The notes under the pieces were generated by a model. That model was given only the letters and a program-made list of their open reading frames with translations, did no database searches and had not been told where the DNA came from. From Clostridia bacterium (GTDB lineage: Bacteria > Bacillota > Clostridia > JAAYHZ01): a DNA stretch of 64,000 nucleotides. The stretch is from positions 96,001 to 160,000 of the forward strand of contig JBMNIH010000009.1 in assembly GCA_050950825.1 (NCBI GenBank). Direction: 5' to 3'. Below are positions 60,030-64,000 of the stretch, one piece after another. Both the position numbers and the translations under genes were made by a program. Each line of letters begins with the position of its first letter. The stretch's first letter is position 1.

Positions 60030-61358
60030 ATGACTGAAAAATTAGCTTTGTTTGGTGGGCCGAAAGCTGTTACAAAGGATCCCGGCGACATATTTACTTG
60101 GCCGATCATAACAGAAGAGCACGAACAAGCTGTTCTTAAGGTTTTAAGGGATCGCAGCATGTCCGGCACGGATGTTACCCTTAAATTCGAAGAAGAGTAT
60201 AGAAAATGGGTAGGCAGCAAATATGCACTTGCATTCAGCTCCGGAACCGCATCCTTGCAAGCCGCTTTATACGGATGCAAAGTCGGAGTAGGCGACGAAG
60301 TTATTATGCCCAGCATCACTTATTGGGCTTCCGGATTACAAGCTTATTCTTTAGGAGCAACGGTTGTTTTCGCCGAAGTGGATCCCGATACGCTCTGCAT
60401 TGATCCTGACGATATCGAAAAGAAGATATCGGACAAGACCAAGGCTATCGTTGCCGTTCACTACATGGGATATCCCGCAGACATGGACAGAATTATGGCC
60501 ATCGCGAAGAAGTACGGCATCAAAGTCGTTGAAGACGTTTCCCACGCCCACGGCGCACTTTACAAAGGCAGATTAGTCGGAACCATCGGTGATGTTGCAG
60601 GTTATTCCTTGATGACAGGTAAATCCTTTGCTATCGGTGAAGGCGGAATCTTGACCACCGACGACCGCGAAATTTATGAAAGAGCGGTTGCATTCGGTCA
60701 TTACGAAAGATATCGTCCCGACTTAATCCAAACCGAATACTTAAAAGAAGGTGCCGGCTTACCTTTGGGCGGATACAAATATCGTATGCATCAAATGAGC
60801 TCTGCCGTCGGTTTGGTTCAAATCAAATACTATGACGAACAGATTAAGAAAATCCAAGAAGCTATGAACTACTTCTGGGATCTGTTGGAAGGCGTACCCG
60901 GAATTAAGGCGCACAGACCTCCGAAGGATTCCGGATCCACCATGGGCGGATGGTACGCTGCACACGGCCTCTACAGACCGGACGAACTTGAAGGCTTGTC
61001 CGTAACCACCTTCTGTAAAGCAGTCAGAGCCGAAGGATGCTCCACTTCTCCGGGATGTAACTTGGCACTTCATACCCATCCCTTGTTCCATACCGTAGAC
61101 GTATACGGACACGGAAAACCGACAAGAATCGCAAACGCTTCCAGAGACGTTCGCGAATTGGACGTGCTCCCCGTTTCCGAAAAGATCGGCTCCATGACCT
61201 ATTCGATTCCTTGGTTCAAGCACTATGACAAAGAAATCATCGAACAACATGCTAACGCATTCAAGAAGGCTGCTTTGAATTACAAGGAATTGCTGAAGAT
61301 CGATGAAGGAAATCCCGAAAAATTAGGCGGATTCAACTTCTTCAGAAGCACAAGATAA
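60030..61358 (+). CDS. DegT/DnrJ/EryC1/StrS family PLP-dependent aminotransferase
   Basis: LALFGG, SSGTASL, VHYMGYPADM, EDVSHAHG, SLMTGKSFAIGEGG (PLP Lys), YRM. Confidence 0.93.
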   Translation: MTEKLALFGGPKAVTKDPGDIFTWPIITEEHEQAVLKVLRDRSMSGTDVTLKFEEEYRKWVGSKYALAFSSGTASLQAALYGCKVGVGDEVIMPSITYWASGLQAYSLGATVVFAEVDPDTLCIDPDDIEKKISDKTKAIVAVHYMGYPADMDRIMAIAKKYGIKVVEDVSHAHGALYKGRLVGTIGDVAGYSLMTGKSFAIGEGGILTTDDREIYERAVAFGHYERYRPDLIQTEYLKEGAGLPLGGYKYRMHQMSSAVGLVQIKYYDEQIKKIQEAMNYFWDLLEGVPGIKAHRPPKDSGSTMGGWYAAHGLYRPDELEGLSVTTFCKAVRAEGCSTSPGCNLALHTHPLFHTVDVYGHGKPTRIANASRDVRELDVLPVSEKIGSMTYSIPWFKHYDKEIIEQHANAFKKAALNYKELLKIDEGNPEKLGGFNFFRSTR

Positions 61359-61407
61359 TTATTGTCACCGGGAATTTACTTTCTTCATAGTGAAAAATTC
61401 TTATATA

Positions 61408-61439
61408 AAAACAGCTGTTTTCGGACAGCTGTTTTGTTT
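61408..61439 (+). terminator. Intrinsic terminator
   Basis: aaaacagctgt-tttcgg-acagctgtttt-gttt. Confidence 0.7.
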
Positions 61440-61466
61440 ATATATATGTATCGGAAGAGGGATCCA

Positions 61467-62375
61467 ATGGATTTAATACGAATTATTGATGAAAAAGATC
61501 AAGGAACTGCCGTAAAAAACTATCTTAAAAAAGAATTCCGCATGTCCGGCGGATTGATACGCCTGTTAAAAGAAGAGGGCGGATTGCTCTTGAATGACCG
61601 CGTTCCGTATTTATCGGATAAGTTCGTGACAGGCGATCGATTGTCCGTATCTTTACAATGCGCCTTCGGTCAATCGGACTTGCTTCCTTTTGATGCTCCT
61701 CTTTCCGTATTGTACGAAGATCCATGGATGATTGCCGTTGACAAGCCTCCCGATGTTTTGGTTCATCCCGTTACCTACGAAGAAAACGGAACCTTGGCCA
61801 ATATGGTCCGCATGCATCAAATAAACAAAGGAGAAGAATACACCATACGTCCCGTTTCCCGTTTGGATCGAAATACGTCCGGCATCGTTCTTTTTGCGAA
61901 AAACAGCTACATTCAGCATATCCTGCAGCTGCAAGGCCGAGAAGGAGAGTTTTTAAAAGATTATTTGGCCTTGGTGACCGGAACGTTAGACAAGCGTTAC
62001 GGTCGGATTACAAACCCTATCGGAAGAAAAACCGACAGCATCGTGGAGCATGAAGTCACGGATACGGGAAAGGAAGCGATTACCGAGTATACCGTCATCA
62101 AGCAGTACCGCGATTTTGCTTTGGTAAAAATACGAATATTCACCGGGCGAACACATCAAATCCGTGTTCATATGAGCAGCATCGGTTACCCTGTGACGGG
62201 AGATAATCTCTACAAAGATCCGCATTCTATGAAGGTAAAACGCCAATGCCTTCATGCGTATCAAGTTCAATTGATTCACCCTATAACCCGGGAAAAGATT
62301 TTTATTAAATCTCCGCTTCCGAAAGATATACGAAATATCATACGGCTCGGTATAAACGGTTCCGATTTCACATAA
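61467..62375 (+). CDS. RluA family pseudouridine synthase
   Basis: LYED, VDKPP, SRLDRNTSG, TGRTHQIRVH, GDNLY, LHA; gaggg RBS before ATG 61467. Confidence 0.92.
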   Translation: MDLIRIIDEKDQGTAVKNYLKKEFRMSGGLIRLLKEEGGLLLNDRVPYLSDKFVTGDRLSVSLQCAFGQSDLLPFDAPLSVLYEDPWMIAVDKPPDVLVHPVTYEENGTLANMVRMHQINKGEEYTIRPVSRLDRNTSGIVLFAKNSYIQHILQLQGREGEFLKDYLALVTGTLDKRYGRITNPIGRKTDSIVEHEVTDTGKEAITEYTVIKQYRDFALVKIRIFTGRTHQIRVHMSSIGYPVTGDNLYKDPHSMKVKRQCLHAYQVQLIHPITREKIFIKSPLPKDIRNIIRLGINGSDFT

Positions 62376-62452
62376 TCGGAAACCTCTTTTTTACCTATTT
62401 CGTTTTTTAGTGTATAATAAGAAGTATTAGCAGAGAGAAAAAGGGAGAAAAA

Positions 62453-63748
62453 ATGGATTATATAAATTCAATGAAAGGCTATCAAAAGTTTTATCAAATA
62501 CCGGATTCTATTCTTGAAAAAGCGGCATCCGCCGAAAACAAGGTGAAGGATGTTTTTAAAAAAATAGATGAAATCAAAGAATACAATCAAATCAAAGTGA
62601 TTGATGCGTTTCGTCATAATCGAATCGGCGAAATTCATTTCCACGGTTCTACGGGATACGGCTATAACGACCGGGGAAGAGACGCTTTGGAAATGCTGTA
62701 TGCTCGTGTTTTTTCTACGGAAGACGCACTGGTGCGCCAAGGTATCACAACGGGAACCCATGCCATTGCCATCGTATTGTTCGGATGCTTAAGACCCGGC
62801 GATCTTTTATTGTCGGTAACCGGAAAACCTTACGATACCCTGGAGGAAGTCATCGGGATCCGAAAGAGCGCGGAAAATGCGGGTTCGCTGAAGGATTTCG
62901 GTATCTCCTACGAGCAAATCGAATTGAAAAAAGACGGTGCTCCGGATTATAACGCCATAAGAGATGCCATGAGCCGCAAACCGAAAATGGTGTTTATTCA
63001 GCGATCCAAAGGCTATACAAGACGTCCCGCTCTTTCCGTTTCCGAAATCGGGAAAATCGTAAACACGGTGAAAGAGGTAAACAAAGATTCTATTGTGTTT
63101 GTGGACAATTGCTACGGCGAATTTACCGATATCCTCGAACCGACCGAAGCGGGAGCCGATGTTATGGCAGGATCCTTGATAAAAAACCCGGGAGGCGGAC
63201 TGGCTCCTTCCGGAGGTTATATTGTCGGTACATCTCGAATCGTGGAGATGGCGGCGGCTCGGTATAACGTTCCGGGATTAGGAAAAGAAACCGGCTGTAC
63301 CTTGGGTGATCCGCGTTTGTTGTTTCAAGGCCTCTATATGGCACCTCACGTCGTAGCCGAAAGTCTTAAGGGAATGGTGTTTACCGCCGCCATTTTGGAG
63401 GGGTACGGATTTGAGACATATCCGAAATACAGCGACGAGCGCAACGATATCGTTCAGTCGATGTATTTTCACAGCAAAGAACAATTGATTGCGTTCTGTC
63501 AGGGCATCCAAGCCGGGTCGGCTGTGGATTCTTTTGCGACTCCGTATCCTTGGGCCATGCCGGGATACGATTCGGAAGTGATTATGGCGGCCGGAGCTTT
63601 TGTACAAGGTTCTTCTTTGGAGCTGAGTATGGACGCCCCGGTGAAGGAACCCTATACCGGATATATACAAGGCGGGCTGACTTATGAAAATGTAAAACTG
63701 GCGATCATGGTTTCGTTGAAAAAAATGCAGGATGAAAACTTGTTGTAA
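62453..63748 (+). CDS. Methionine gamma-lyase family / 'aluminium resistance' protein (YnbB-like)
   Basis: STGYGYND.GRD, GTHAI, GKPYDTL, IQRSKGY, FVDNCYGEF, AGSLIKNPGGG, MPGY, QGGLT. Confidence 0.92.
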   Translation: MDYINSMKGYQKFYQIPDSILEKAASAENKVKDVFKKIDEIKEYNQIKVIDAFRHNRIGEIHFHGSTGYGYNDRGRDALEMLYARVFSTEDALVRQGITTGTHAIAIVLFGCLRPGDLLLSVTGKPYDTLEEVIGIRKSAENAGSLKDFGISYEQIELKKDGAPDYNAIRDAMSRKPKMVFIQRSKGYTRRPALSVSEIGKIVNTVKEVNKDSIVFVDNCYGEFTDILEPTEAGADVMAGSLIKNPGGGLAPSGGYIVGTSRIVEMAAARYNVPGLGKETGCTLGDPRLLFQGLYMAPHVVAESLKGMVFTAAILEGYGFETYPKYSDERNDIVQSMYFHSKEQLIAFCQGIQAGSAVDSFATPYPWAMPGYDSEVIMAAGAFVQGSSLELSMDAPVKEPYTGYIQGGLTYENVKLAIMVSLKKMQDENLL

Positions 63749-63768
63749 CACTTTTGCGGAGGGCAAAC

Positions 63769-64000
63769 GTGAAAAAAAAGAAAAAGAAAAAAGGAAAAGG
63801 TTTATTACTCTTTCTCTTCATCGTATACATCGTATTCTTTTTGCGCTGGGTGTATGACCGAGGCGTACCTACGGATATTATCAAATACGGGAACATCGAT
63901 TATACCGTAAAAGCACAAGGCGTTTTGCTGAGAGATGAAGTCTGCTATGCTTTGGATATTGACGGCAAATACATACCTTCTTTATCCGAAGGGGATTTGG
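63769..64000 (+). CDS. Membrane-anchored HlyD-like/membrane-fusion protein, runs off the window
   Basis: ggagg RBS then GTG; MKKKKKKKGKGLLLFLFIVYIVFFLRW...KYGNI...AQGVLLRDE...SEGD, open to the window end. Confidence 0.6.
   Translation, partial: MKKKKKKKGKGLLLFLFIVYIVFFLRWVYDRGVPTDIIKYGNIDYTVKAQGVLLRDEVCYALDIDGKYIPSLSEGDL

Noticed and set aside
40707-63748. Functional linkage of efp and the ynbB-like gene (EF-P modification in B. subtilis)
   Set aside because: They are more than 20 kb apart in unrelated operons, so co-occurrence in the window is uninformative.
63769-63800. A-rich tract as a slippage or phase-variation site
   Set aside because: It encodes a Lys-rich N-terminus before a TM helix and is broken by G residues; the frame stays open.
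1-64000. CRISPR arrays, rRNA/tRNA, IS elements, prophage or defence systems, and the many short antisense/overlapping ORFs in the track
   Set aside because: I saw no regularly spaced repeats, RNA-gene signatures, transposase, phage or defence motifs by inspection. The short ORFs are shadows of well-supported genes.

Overview
Chromosomal, mostly core-genome segment of a spore-forming clostridial Firmicute (gene content and order resemble Acetivibrio/Thermoclostridium-type Clostridia; this is an inference). It holds about 65 CDS, most on the + strand. Blocks in order: mltG-trmR-trhP-proC-rnhA; spoIIM (flipped); xerD-pdp-dacF-S2P-scpAB; ytfIJ (flipped); G1P dehydrogenase; MarR plus heterodimeric ABC exporter plus lipoprotein; uvrB; a T-box-controlled phenylacetate-CoA ligase with an ACT protein; cinA-murJ-[DUF47/PiT]-recA-recX; spoIVFA/FB; an SOS-boxed Y-family polymerase with SRAP; a TPP riboswitch with thiT; rluB; efp; complete spoIIIAA-AH; asp23-amaP-nusB-xseAB-ispA-PAP2-dxs-nadK-argR-recN-spoIVB-spo0A; a Gfo/Idh/MocA plus DegT pair; rluA-like; ynbB-like. 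I saw no rRNA, tRNA, CRISPR array, IS element or prophage. Four observations stand out. (1) The Spo0A at its canonical locus has Ala in place of the phosphoacceptor Asp and has lost the DD metal-binding pair, yet the downstream sporulation genes are intact. (2) A Phe-specifier T-box controls phenylacetate-CoA ligase, which suggests Phe synthesis from phenylacetate. (3) XerD ends two residues after its catalytic Tyr. (4) A structured leader sits upstream of a PiT/DUF47 cassette that appears to be inserted. All family calls come from motif recognition and synteny, not database searches.
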